Positions 53,083-62,154 of a stretch of 64,000 bases of DNA are shown here, in pieces. The position numbers were made by a program, and so were the translations under genes. The stretch spans positions 1,223 through 65,222 of the forward strand of contig JANPLN010000049.1 of NCBI GenBank assembly GCA_031426555.1, read 5' to 3'. The notes beneath the pieces are model-generated. The model had not been told where the DNA came from. It searched no databases and was given only the letters and a program-made list of their open reading frames with translations. This stretch comes from Bdellovibrionales bacterium. Lineage in GTDB: Bacteria; Bdellovibrionota; Bdellovibrionia; Bdellovibrionales; JAGQZY01. Position 1 is the first letter of the stretch; the number at the start of each line of letters is the position of its first letter.

Positions 53083-55137
53083 ATGGCTGCAGCGCAAAAA
53101 CGACACATCTTAGTGACCACCGCCCTCCCTTACGCCAACGGCCCCATTCACATGGGTCACTTGGTGGAATACATCCAGGCTGACATTTGGGTTCGCTTTC
53201 AGCGGATGCTTGGCAATGAGTGTTATTTTTTCTGCGCCGACGACACCCACGGAACGCCAATTTTTGTGCGGGCGAAAAACGAAGGAAGAAAGCCGGAAGA
53301 CTTAGTGGCCGAGGTTTTTAAGCTGCACACTCAAACCTTTAAAGATTTTCAAATCAGTTTTGATCACTACTCATCGACCAATACAGACACCAATCGAAAG
53401 CTGAGCGAAGAGTTTTACATTGCTATGCGCGAGCAAAAACACACCGCTGTTAAGCAAATAAAGCAGACCTATTGTCCCAACGATAAAATGTTTTTGCCCG
53501 ATCGCTTGGTGAAAGGCACCTGCCCGAAGTGTGCATCGCCCAATCAGTACGGCGACTCCTGCGATGTGTGTGGCTCTACCTACGCTCCGTCGGAATTGAA
53601 ACAATCGGTCTGTTCGTTGTGTGGCACAACGCCCACTCTCAAAGAGAGCGATCACATCTTTTTTCAGCTCAATCATTTCCGCGATTTTTTGCGCGAGTGG
53701 GTTCCTCAACGGACCAGCATTGAGGTTTCAAAAAAATTAAACGAATGGCTGCAGGACGATTTGCGCGATTGGGATATTTCGCGCGATGAACCCTATTTTG
53801 GCTTTAAGATTCCTGGCTACGACGATAAATACTTTTATGTGTGGGTGGATGCTCCAATTGGTTACATGGCCACTTCGAAGGATTTTTTGGGTGCCGAAAA
53901 ATTTAATTCTTTTTGGAAGAGCGAATCCACCGAGCTCCATCACTTTATCGGCAAAGATATTATTTACTTTCACGCCCTATTTTGGCCAGCCATGCTAAAG
54001 ACAGCCGGCTACCGCACACCCACGCGTGTGCACGCCCACGGCTTTCTCACGGTGAACGGCGAAAAAATGAGCAAGTCCAAAGGGACTTTTATCAATGCCG
54101 ACACCTATTTTAAACAGCTAGATCCAAATTATCTGCGCTACTACTACGCCTCTAAACTGACAGACAGTATGGATGATCTCGATCTCAATCTTGAAGACTT
54201 TGTCTTACGCGTGAACTCCGATTTGGTCGGCAAGTACGTCAATCTGGGCTCGCGCTCCGCACAGATGTTGATTAAAAATTTTGCCGGCCAGCTGCCGGCG
54301 CTGAATTTGTCGAAGGGTCTTCCCGAAGTGCAACGCGTGATTGATATGCAAGTGCAACTTCGCGAACTTTATGAAAGTAAGGAATTTTCTAAGGCCATTA
54401 ATTTAATTCGTGAGGGCATTGATTCCATCAATCAATATTTCGACAAGATCTCACCTTGGAAATTACTCAAAGAAAATCCGCAAAGCCCCGAGGCGCTCGA
54501 ATGCCTTGGAGTCACGCTCAATGCATTTCGGATTCTAAGTATTTATCTCACTCCTGTCATTCCGGCGATCACGCAAAAAGTGGCCGAGCTGTTCGATGAA
54601 GCGCCATTTCAGTGGCTGCCTTCGGCGGATTTGCAAACTCAGTTGATTCAAAATAAAAAACTCAATGCTTTCTCTCATCTCATCCAGAGAGTCGAAGCAG
54701 AAAAGGTGCAAACCATGGTTGATAACTCAAAAGCGTCGATGCCGTCGACGGCGCCTTCTACATCGCCCGCAACGACGACCCCGGCCTCTGGCATCGCGGG
54801 GAACGCTTCGGGCACCTTCATCGAAATCGATGACTTTAATAAAATTGATTTGCGCGTGGCCAAAGTTCTGCATGCCGAAGACGTCAAAGACTCCGACAAA
54901 ATGTTGCAATTAAGGGTTTCCATCGGCAGCGAAGAAAAAACAATTTTTGCTGGAATCAAAAAGTCGTACAAGCCCGAGCAACTCATCGGCAAACAGGTGC
55001 TTGTTGTGGCAAACCTTAAGCCTCGCAAGATGAAGTTCGGAACGTCTGAAGGAATGGTCCTGTGCGCGAGCGAAGGCGAGCAACTGTTTGTCCTCTCCCC
55101 CGACGGCGCCGCCGCAACAGGCTCGAAGGTCAAATAA
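53083..55137 (+). CDS. metG: Methionine--tRNA ligase with a C-terminal tRNA-binding domain
   Basis: ALPYANGPIHMGHL (HIGH), KMSKSKG, Zn knuckles CPKC...CDVC, and a C-terminal IDLRVAKVLHAE OB-fold. I prefer ATG 53083 to GTG 53074. Confidence 0.96.
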   Translation: MAAAQKRHILVTTALPYANGPIHMGHLVEYIQADIWVRFQRMLGNECYFFCADDTHGTPIFVRAKNEGRKPEDLVAEVFKLHTQTFKDFQISFDHYSSTNTDTNRKLSEEFYIAMREQKHTAVKQIKQTYCPNDKMFLPDRLVKGTCPKCASPNQYGDSCDVCGSTYAPSELKQSVCSLCGTTPTLKESDHIFFQLNHFRDFLREWVPQRTSIEVSKKLNEWLQDDLRDWDISRDEPYFGFKIPGYDDKYFYVWVDAPIGYMATSKDFLGAEKFNSFWKSESTELHHFIGKDIIYFHALFWPAMLKTAGYRTPTRVHAHGFLTVNGEKMSKSKGTFINADTYFKQLDPNYLRYYYASKLTDSMDDLDLNLEDFVLRVNSDLVGKYVNLGSRSAQMLIKNFAGQLPALNLSKGLPEVQRVIDMQVQLRELYESKEFSKAINLIREGIDSINQYFDKISPWKLLKENPQSPEALECLGVTLNAFRILSIYLTPVIPAITQKVAELFDEAPFQWLPSADLQTQLIQNKKLNAFSHLIQRVEAEKVQTMVDNSKASMPSTAPSTSPATTTPASGIAGNASGTFIEIDDFNKIDLRVAKVLHAEDVKDSDKMLQLRVSIGSEEKTIFAGIKKSYKPEQLIGKQVLVVANLKPRKMKFGTSEGMVLCASEGEQLFVLSPDGAAATGSKVK

Positions 55138-55454
55138 ATCAACCACCCCATTCTAAATATGATCCACCAGATTGACGCACTCATACTGTCGCAGCGACAG
55201 TGAAAAACCATTGATCTTCTCTCCTTCAATTTTTGTAGATTTATTAAAGAATGGCACATCTTTAATAGAGCGACGAGGTCTGCTCAGGTGGGGGTTATTG
55301 AGTATTGAGCCTAGTCAGGTTCTCAGGGCTTTTAATGCAAATTAGCGCATTGCAAACCTTGGATTTCTTTCTGCCTGGATTGCACAAAAAGTACCCTGTA
55401 TAACTTGATTCAATTCTGTCTTTTGATTATGCTTCCGTCGTCTGGGAGCTTATT

Positions 55455-55712
55455 ATGTATCAAATATTTATACTTCTTCTGCCTGTTTTATTAATTGGAT
55501 GTACTTCTAATAGAACAGTCACTTTTACAAGAGATGTCACAATGCCTAAAGAGTTTCCTTTTGTTGGTTCAAATGAATCACAAGATAAGAGTTTGTTTCG
55601 TGGCGCGATAAGCTCTGGTACTGTATGCAAAGAAAATCTAAAGAAGGGTTCGATCAGTTATTTACAATGCTCGATCATCGTTCCTTCAGACGCTTTAAAT
55701 TATGAAAATTAG
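55455..55712 (+). CDS. Small putative lipoprotein
   Basis: LLIGC lipobox and a GGGAG RBS. It lies in an AT-rich spacer. Confidence 0.3.
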   Translation: MYQIFILLLPVLLIGCTSNRTVTFTRDVTMPKEFPFVGSNESQDKSLFRGAISSGTVCKENLKKGSISYLQCSIIVPSDALNYEN

Positions 55713-55994
55713 AGGATGCTATTGTTACGACGATGACTGTGCATAGAAAATGTTTGAGAGATTTTATCGCCCTGCTGAACTAAAACTACTCAAATTTCCA
55801 GACCGTGTGTCGATATACACGGACTTAATATCCTAGACATTCTCGGAAAGAATCCCGAGGACTCCCGTAAAACCCTCTATAAAACAATAACCCATTCTCT
55901 GCACACACCCAGACCCTTACCTTAACCATCTACAAACCATTCTCTAACCAGAGCCTGGCTTTGGCTATTGCTCAAGCCTTGCTATCCTATATCC

Positions 55995-56735
55995 ATGTTT
56001 CTCGGTGATTTTCATCTTCATTCTACTTTCAGTGATGGTGACCTCACCATCCCCCAGCTTGTGGATCTCATGGGCCAAAATGGCATCGGCGCCATTGCCA
56101 TCACCGATCACCTTTGCGAAGAAAAAACGTTCCTTGGTAAAGCTGCACGTCTGCTCGATAAAAGTTTAACCAAAAGAACCTTTCCGCTGTACATGCAAAC
56201 TATTCGCGCCGAAGCAGAGCGCGCGTGGAAGCAATACAAGATGGTTGTCATCCCCGGAGTGGAGATCACCAAGAATTCTTTTTCGCACCACAACTCCGCT
56301 CACATTTTGGCTTTAGATATTCACGAGTATATCAACCCTGATACACCCCTCAGGGATATTATTCTGAATATCAAATCACAGGGTGGGTTGGCCATTGCCG
56401 CCCACCCCGTTCACACCGGCAAGTCCGAGCACCAAACGCATTTGCTGTGGAATCAAAAAAACGAACTCAAAGATTTGATCGATCTTTGGGAAGTGGCCAG
56501 TGGCCCGCGTTTGTTTGCGCAAGTTCAACGAAGCAATCTTAAAAAAATAGCCAACAGTGATCTCCACCGCGCAGAACAAGTGCGTTCGTGGAAGACCGCC
56601 TTCAATTGCGAAAAGCATGTGCTTGCCATCAAGGAAGCTCTGTTAGCTCAAAACATCGAATTCAAATATTTTGAGCCCGCAAAACAGACATCACCATTTA
56701 ATTTTTTGGCGCAGAACATAACAAAACTCGCCTAG
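55995..56735 (+). CDS. PHP-domain metal-dependent phosphoesterase
   Basis: MFLGDFHLHSTFSDG is the PHP motif I. Later His residues (ITDH, AAHP) fit PHP motifs. Confidence 0.75.
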   Translation: MFLGDFHLHSTFSDGDLTIPQLVDLMGQNGIGAIAITDHLCEEKTFLGKAARLLDKSLTKRTFPLYMQTIRAEAERAWKQYKMVVIPGVEITKNSFSHHNSAHILALDIHEYINPDTPLRDIILNIKSQGGLAIAAHPVHTGKSEHQTHLLWNQKNELKDLIDLWEVASGPRLFAQVQRSNLKKIANSDLHRAEQVRSWKTAFNCEKHVLAIKEALLAQNIEFKYFEPAKQTSPFNFLAQNITKLA

Positions 56736-56860
56736 AACGTTTCAAAAGGCGTCAGACACTTTTGGGGAGCTGTTTTCGCCTGCGACACGTCATAACCCGA
56801 AGCATAACCATTGCCTTTTGCGGTCGATACTGAAATCATTTCCCATTGGGGGAGATCCAG

Positions 56861-57736
56861 GTGAAACCAGTACTTTCCACCTATGTTGATTTTCGGGACT
56901 ATTTAAAAGATTTTTTTGAATACCGAAAAAAGCAAACCGAAGGACAACTTCGTCCTTATTCTTACTCTGATTTTTCAGCTGCCGCCGATATCAAATCTCC
57001 GCATTACTTAAAAATGATTATTGCAGGAGACCGTAATCTTTCCGCAGACATGTGCAAAAAGTTTGGCCGCGCTCTCAAACTCGACAAACAAGAGCAGCTG
57101 GAATTTGATACCTTGGTTTTTTACGGCCAAGAAAAAGAACCTCTCCAGCGCAATCAATTTTTAAAACAACTTTCAGAAATCCGCGCACAAAATGCGTTAA
57201 AAGATGGACAGTTTGATCAAGAGACCTGGGATAAAGTTCCAGGCTGGTTGTCGTGGGTGCTGTACGCCATGATCGATCAAGAAAACGCCACCTTTACGCC
57301 GGCCGATTTAAAACGCGCTCTTCGCCCGCAGGTTTCAGAAAAGCAAATTGCCCAAGCCCTCGAAAAACTTTTGAGCTCGGGCGACATTGAAATTGTTGGT
57401 GGATACGCACGTAAGAAAAACAAAATGATTTCCAACGCCGACAAAATTCCACCGGCCCTGATTCGCAAACTGCAATCAGAACTTATCTACCTGGGTCTCG
57501 AGTCCCTTTATAAGGACGACCCCTCCGTTCGCGAAATCAGCGGTTTCACAATGGCCATGACCGACGAAGAGTACCAGTGGGTTCGCAAAGAATTGCGGAC
57601 AATCCGCAAAGAGCTGCAAACCAAACTCATGATGGCGCGAGAAAAAAAACAAGGAACAAAAGTTTACCAAGTAAACATCCAGCTCTTCCCTCTCACCAAC
57701 GAAGAAGAAGAAGCTCCGTCGTTTTTCCAACTCTAG
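56861..57736 (+). CDS. TIGR02147/DUF4423-type hypothetical protein
   Basis: YVDFRDYLKDFFEYRKK...YSYSDFSAAADIKSPHYLKMIIAGDRNLS...E..F..LV.F matches my memory of this family's N-terminus. GTG 56861 with GGGGGAG 6 nt upstream is preferred over TTG 56846. Confidence 0.55.
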   Translation: MKPVLSTYVDFRDYLKDFFEYRKKQTEGQLRPYSYSDFSAAADIKSPHYLKMIIAGDRNLSADMCKKFGRALKLDKQEQLEFDTLVFYGQEKEPLQRNQFLKQLSEIRAQNALKDGQFDQETWDKVPGWLSWVLYAMIDQENATFTPADLKRALRPQVSEKQIAQALEKLLSSGDIEIVGGYARKKNKMISNADKIPPALIRKLQSELIYLGLESLYKDDPSVREISGFTMAMTDEEYQWVRKELRTIRKELQTKLMMAREKKQGTKVYQVNIQLFPLTNEEEEAPSFFQL

Positions 57737-57849
57737 AATGAACCTATCCGACCAGATGACGGAACTTAACGCGCGCCTCGCTATAAATTCAATTTTTGCA
57801 TTCGCATAGATCGTGCATTCCTTAAAGAGTTTTATTAAAAAGGAACTCT

Positions 57850-58263
57850 ATGCGCGACGACAAAGTCCCCGTTACCCTTAAATTACTTGATCTCCGAATG
57901 GCCGAAGTCAAAGGCGAAGTCACTACTCATCGCCTTGAGACAAAAGCTGAGTTTGCCAAGATCGATGCTCGATTTGAACAAATTGATCAGAGATTCACCT
58001 CCATTGACCAGAAGTTTGATGGAAGATTTAATACTTTGATCGCTCATATGGACGCTAAATTTGAAGCTCTCTACACACTCAACACCAAAACCTTAGCGAT
58101 TGTTGAAGAACAAAACGCGCGCAACCGCTTCGCTCTGGATGGATACACACTCGTTTACGAAAAACAGCTCGAAACAGACGCACGACTCGCCCGCATCGAA
58201 AAACACATCTTTGGCAAGATAAAGACAGCAGCCAGCAAGCACGTTATGAATCTCATGACTTGA
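57850..58263 (+). CDS. Hypothetical coiled-coil protein with a heptad F-x-x-I-D-x-[RK] repeat
   Basis: [29 protein letters not shown] shows a 7-residue sequence repeat. AAAGGAA RBS. The 3' end overlaps the convergent ppa by 11 nt. Confidence 0.4.
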   Translation: MRDDKVPVTLKLLDLRMAEVKGEVTTHRLETKAEFAKIDARFEQIDQRFTSIDQKFDGRFNTLIAHMDAKFEALYTLNTKTLAIVEEQNARNRFALDGYTLVYEKQLETDARLARIEKHIFGKIKTAASKHVMNLMT

Positions 58264-58792
58264 GTTCTGATTTTTTTTCTTCATAGAACCGGATGGCCTC
58301 AGTCAAAATCTGCAGAGCCTCCGAAGGGCCTAAAAATTTTTCGATAACAACTTTTTTGTTTTCAAGGATTTTATAATCCTCAAAAAATCGACGCAGCTCA
58401 ATCAGTCGATGCGGAGGAAGTTCAGAAATAGAATTGTAATGTTCGTACTCGGGATCGTCGGCATGTACCGCTATCAACTTATCGTCCTCGTCGCCCTGAT
58501 CATGCATTCGCATCACACCAATAATCTTTGCCCGCATTACACATAATGGGACGACAGGCTCCTGACCAAGCACCAGCACGTCGAGCGGATCTCGATCTCC
58601 GCAGTAGGTTTTGGGAATAAAGCCATAATTCGCCGGATACTGAACACTGCTAAAAAGAATACGATCCACCTTGATCAATCCACTTTGCTTATGCAGCTCG
58701 TATTTAACCTTTGATCCCTTAGGGATCTCAACAATGCAATTAACTATTCCCGGAGGATAATCCCCAAGATCCACATCATGCCAAGGATTCAT
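58253..58792 (-). CDS. ppa: Inorganic pyrophosphatase (family I)
   Basis: [20 protein letters not shown] and DDKLIAV blocks are typical of family I PPase. Confidence 0.93.
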   Translation of the reverse strand: MNPWHDVDLGDYPPGIVNCIVEIPKGSKVKYELHKQSGLIKVDRILFSSVQYPANYGFIPKTYCGDRDPLDVLVLGQEPVVPLCVMRAKIIGVMRMHDQGDEDDKLIAVHADDPEYEHYNSISELPPHRLIELRRFFEDYKILENKKVVIEKFLGPSEALQILTEAIRFYEEKKSELKS

Positions 58793-58912
58793 AAACGCCC
58801 CTTTATGTGATATTAAAAACGGATACCCGACACATTAAGGCCACAAAAACCCAGAGTCACTGCATTGCCCCGACAACAATCGCAAAGCGTCAGGCAAACA
58901 ACCGGCTGGAAA

Positions 58913-59040
58913 TCTCAAACCCCTTAAAAGCTCATAGATCGAGGCGCCAAGGAGGAGCCGCGGAGCTGTACTTTCAAGTACAGCGCACAAGGCGACGACG
59001 CCAGGCAACGAAGAGATATGAGTTTTTAAGGGGTTTGAGA
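58913..59040. repeat. 24-bp near-perfect inverted repeat enclosing ~80 nt with an inner 8-bp hairpin (candidate structured RNA or palindromic element)
   Basis: TCTCAAACCCCTTAAAAGCTCATA (58913-36) pairs with TATGAGTTTTTAAGGGGTTTGAGA (59017-40) with one G-U-compatible mismatch. Inner stem is GCTGTACT-TTCA-AGTACAGC (58965-84). Confidence 0.6.
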
Positions 59041-59201
59041 AAAAAAAGGCTCTGAGAGCGCTAGCACTGGGGTAAAGACATTTAAATTTTGGGGGGGAGA
59101 ATCATTTAAACGACCAGCCAGTGCCAGGCTTCAGAGTTAACAACAAACGTACAACTTCAACTAACGTACCGATCTCCTAAGAGCAAAGGTTGTGCCAGCA
59201 G

Positions 59202-59235
59202 CCTTCTGCGCTTTAGGGGGGACCAGCGCAGAAGG
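59202..59235. repeat. 11-bp-stem hairpin in noncoding DNA
   Basis: CCTTCTGCGCT (59202-12) and AGCGCAGAAGG (59225-35) with a G-rich 12-nt loop. No flanking U-run on either strand. Confidence 0.5.
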
Positions 59236-59385
59236 CACTGAAAATTTAACAAAAATTGGTACCAAAACCAGTTCTCTTTGACCCATTTGCAGCTCTTGAT
59301 CCCCAAGATCACAACCACATCAAAAACAGTCCGGCGACGCATCAAAATAGCCCCTTGCGCGCCCTGCAAAGGCTGCATACATTGG

Positions 59386-59484
59386 GATCGCTGAGTCCCG
59401 TACAATAGAGCCTTGTGAAACCCGCCAGGTCCGAAAGGGAGCAACGGTAACAAGAGGATATGTGTTACGGGGTGCTCGGCACTT
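59386..59484 (+). ncRNA. ffs: Signal recognition particle RNA (small, 4.5S-type)
   Basis: CCAGGUCC-GAAA-GGGAGCAACGG reproduces the conserved domain IV (GNRA tetraloop at 59433-36, AGCA symmetric-loop motif). Flanking CCCGTA / TACGGG segments can close the helix. A T-run follows and dnaX lies downstream, a common synteny. The ends are approximate. Confidence 0.65.
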
Positions 59485-59521
59485 TTCGTTGCTGTTATAA
59501 AAAAATACAGTTGGGGTCGTT

Positions 59522-61207
59522 TTGAAAAACTACGAAGTCATCGCACGAAAATGGCGGCCGCAGGCTTTTCAGAATCTTGTCGGACAGTCGCATATCGCGC
59601 AAACACTTTCGAATGCTTTAAAGTCGGGAAGAATTCCCCACGCCCTGCTGTTCACCGGCCCGCGCGGAACAGGTAAAACCTCGTCGGCCCGAATCTTTGC
59701 AAAAGCCCTGCGCTGTGCAAACGCCCAAAACTTTGTACCTTGCCAAACCTGCGCCGACTGTACAGATATTGCCCAAGGGCGCCACATGGATGTTATCGAA
59801 ATCGATGGAGCGTCCAACAACGGCGTGGATTCCATACGCGAGCTTCGCGAATCGGTGGCGTTTGCGCCCACCTCTGGCAAATACAAAATCTATATTATCG
59901 ATGAAGTTCACATGCTGTCGGCCAGTGCCTTTAATGCCTTGTTAAAAACTCTCGAAGAGCCGCCTCCCCATGTGGTTTTTATTTTGGCGACCACCGAAGT
60001 GCAAAAGATTCCCAATACAATTTTGTCGCGCTGTCAGCGTTTTGATTTCCGCATGATTTCGCAAAAAGAAATCAGCGAGCATTTGGCTAAAATTTGCAAA
60101 GACGAAAACATTGAGTACGAAGAAAGCGCTCTTTGGCTGATCTCCCGCCAAGCCAAGGGCTCCATGCGCGACAGCCAAAGTTTGCTGGAGCAAATTGTTA
60201 CCTACGCCGATGGAAAAGTGACCACCGAAAATGTCACTGCCAGTTTAGGACTGGTTCAGCGTGAACTGGTGAACGAAGTTGTTCAGGCCATTGTCGAAAA
60301 AAATCTGCCGCAGTTACAAACAGCCATCGCACGCTTTAGTATTTCGGGCTGCGATCCAGCCCTGTTTATCGAAGAGCTTTTGGAACAATGGCGAAACGGT
60401 TTGATGATTAAAATTCAAGCCCACAAAATGAACGTGCCGGTGGATTTGCCAGATTCCGAAATCCTGTGGCTAGAAAAAATTTCGGCGACCATCAGCGAAG
60501 AAGATTTTCATTTGTTATTTGATATCACTCTGAAGGGCAGCCAACTTTTGGTGCGCGCCACGGAGCCGCGCCTGGCACTCGAAATGTTGTTGCTCAAACT
60601 CAGCTCTGCACCGCGCGTGGTATTTTTGTCGTCGCTGATGAACCAATCGCCGATCGACAAATTGGCAAATCCAACTCCGCAGAGAGCACCCAAAGCGACA
60701 ACGTCAGTGCCGTCGTCAATGCCTTCGCCGTCGCACCTGCCGATGGCTGCGCCAACAGCGGCGACTGTAGCTGCGCCCGAGGAACTGGCGCCCCAACTTC
60801 CCAAAGATCCCTGGCAGCGCTTTGTCGAGGGCGTGCGCGCCTCCAATGGTCTGCTGGCGGCCCTTCTCGAGCATACTTACATTGTGGAGCAAACTCCGTC
60901 GGTTCTAAAATTAGGTCTTCCCGAAAAAATGGCTTTTTTGATGGATAAGATCAAAGCTCCCGAAAACATGCAGCGACTGCAAACTTTTATTGAAAGCCTG
61001 TGGAAGCAAAAATTAGCGGTAGAAATTGTAACAACTAAAGCGCAAAGCGCGGCGCCGGCCCTCACACCCAAAGAAAAGGGCGCTAAGGCTGACCAAGAGA
61101 AAACACAAAAAGAGCGTCAACTGATCGAAGATCATCCACTGATGAAAAAAGCCAATAGTTTATTTAAAACAGAAATCGTATCAATCAAAGAGGAGAAACC
61201 ATCATGA
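59522..61207 (+). CDS. dnaX: DNA polymerase III subunit gamma/tau
   Basis: RPQAFQNLVGQ, GPRGTGKTS (Walker A), a Zn module CQTCADC, DEVHMLS and SRCQRF sensor. TTG start. Confidence 0.95.
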   Translation: MKNYEVIARKWRPQAFQNLVGQSHIAQTLSNALKSGRIPHALLFTGPRGTGKTSSARIFAKALRCANAQNFVPCQTCADCTDIAQGRHMDVIEIDGASNNGVDSIRELRESVAFAPTSGKYKIYIIDEVHMLSASAFNALLKTLEEPPPHVVFILATTEVQKIPNTILSRCQRFDFRMISQKEISEHLAKICKDENIEYEESALWLISRQAKGSMRDSQSLLEQIVTYADGKVTTENVTASLGLVQRELVNEVVQAIVEKNLPQLQTAIARFSISGCDPALFIEELLEQWRNGLMIKIQAHKMNVPVDLPDSEILWLEKISATISEEDFHLLFDITLKGSQLLVRATEPRLALEMLLLKLSSAPRVVFLSSLMNQSPIDKLANPTPQRAPKATTSVPSSMPSPSHLPMAAPTAATVAAPEELAPQLPKDPWQRFVEGVRASNGLLAALLEHTYIVEQTPSVLKLGLPEKMAFLMDKIKAPENMQRLQTFIESLWKQKLAVEIVTTKAQSAAPALTPKEKGAKADQEKTQKERQLIEDHPLMKKANSLFKTEIVSIKEEKPS

Positions 61208-61533
61208 AAGGTCAAAGACCCGGCGCCCATGGCATGCAAGCCATCATAAAACAGGCCAACCAAATGCAAACAAAAATGAAGAAGCTGCAAGATGACCTTG
61301 CTGCAAAAGAATATGTCGCCTCCAGTGGTGGTGACGCCGTAAAGGTTGTAGTTTGTAATGATAAAATCAAATCCGTTATCATCAGCCCTGCGATTTTTAA
61401 AGACGCCGACGCCGAAATGTTGCAAGAGATGATTCAAACTGCGGCTAACGATGCCCTAACCACAGCTAAAAAAGAACACGATGAGGAAGTGCAAAAGCTT
61501 TCCTCAGGTTTTAATATTCCTGGTCTCACATAA
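61204..61533 (+). CDS. ybaB: YbaB/EbfC nucleoid-associated protein
   Basis: MQAIIKQANQMQTKMKKLQDDL...SGGDAVKVVV...MLQEMIQTAANDAL matches the family. ATGA overlap with dnaX. Confidence 0.88.
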   Translation: MKGQRPGAHGMQAIIKQANQMQTKMKKLQDDLAAKEYVASSGGDAVKVVVCNDKIKSVIISPAIFKDADAEMLQEMIQTAANDALTTAKKEHDEEVQKLSSGFNIPGLT

Positions 61534-62154
61534 ATGCTGCATATTGCTTCGCTCGAAAAGCTGGTTCACGAACTCAGCCAACTTCCAGGCATTGGGCCGA
61601 AAACTGCGCAACGTCTGACTAATTTTATTTTAAAAAAGCAGCAGTTTTCTAAAAACCTGCGCGCGGCCTTGGCGTCTGTGGAAGACTCCATCCGCTTCTG
61701 CAAGCAATGTTTTAGCTACACCGACACCCCTTCTGGCCTTTGCCACTACTGCTCAAATAGCAAACGCAATGACCAAATGATTTGCGTGGTGGAAGAACCC
61801 GAAAACATCTCGCAGATCGAAGCTTCGGGGGCTTTTGACGGACGGTTTCATGTTCTTCATGGGGCGATTTCGCCGCTAGAGGGGCTTTCCCCGGATGATT
61901 TAAAAATCAAGGAGCTCGTTGAAAGGATTGACCAACTGCTAAATCAACAGTCACAATCAAAGGTGGAAGTTATTTTGGCTTTGGACTCTGATCTTGAGGG
62001 CGACACGACGATGTTGTATCTCGCTAAGATTTTGAGCACCAAAACCGGAGTAAAAGTTTCGCGCTTAGCACAAGGTGTACCGATTGGCAGTCATTTGGAC
62101 TACGTGGATCACCGAACGCTGAGCCGAGCACTTGAAAACAGGGTGATATTGTAA
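61534..62154 (+). CDS. recR: Recombination protein RecR
   Basis: LPGIGPKTAQRL HhH, a C4 zinc finger (CKQC...CHYC) and a Toprim DSDLEGD. Confidence 0.95.
   Translation: MLHIASLEKLVHELSQLPGIGPKTAQRLTNFILKKQQFSKNLRAALASVEDSIRFCKQCFSYTDTPSGLCHYCSNSKRNDQMICVVEEPENISQIEASGAFDGRFHVLHGAISPLEGLSPDDLKIKELVERIDQLLNQQSQSKVEVILALDSDLEGDTTMLYLAKILSTKTGVKVSRLAQGVPIGSHLDYVDHRTLSRALENRVIL

Noticed and set aside
54675-55259. A 194-aa minus-strand ORF overlapping the 3' end of metG
   Set aside because: The plus frame encodes the conserved MetRS C-terminal tRNA-binding domain. Nothing independently supports the antisense ORF.
58807-59453. ORFs 58807..59055 (+) and 59157..59453 (-) in the ppa-ffs gap
   Set aside because: Both run through long palindromes. 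One is strongly Arg/Gln-rich and the other overlaps the SRP RNA. Neither has an RBS. I treat the region as noncoding.
59522-61207. Programmed -1 frameshift site (A AAA AAG type) in dnaX for gamma subunit production
   Set aside because: The A-runs I found (60063-60067 and 61146-61151) are not in the X XXY YYZ register. The second is near the C-terminus, and no downstream stem-loop in the right place was seen.
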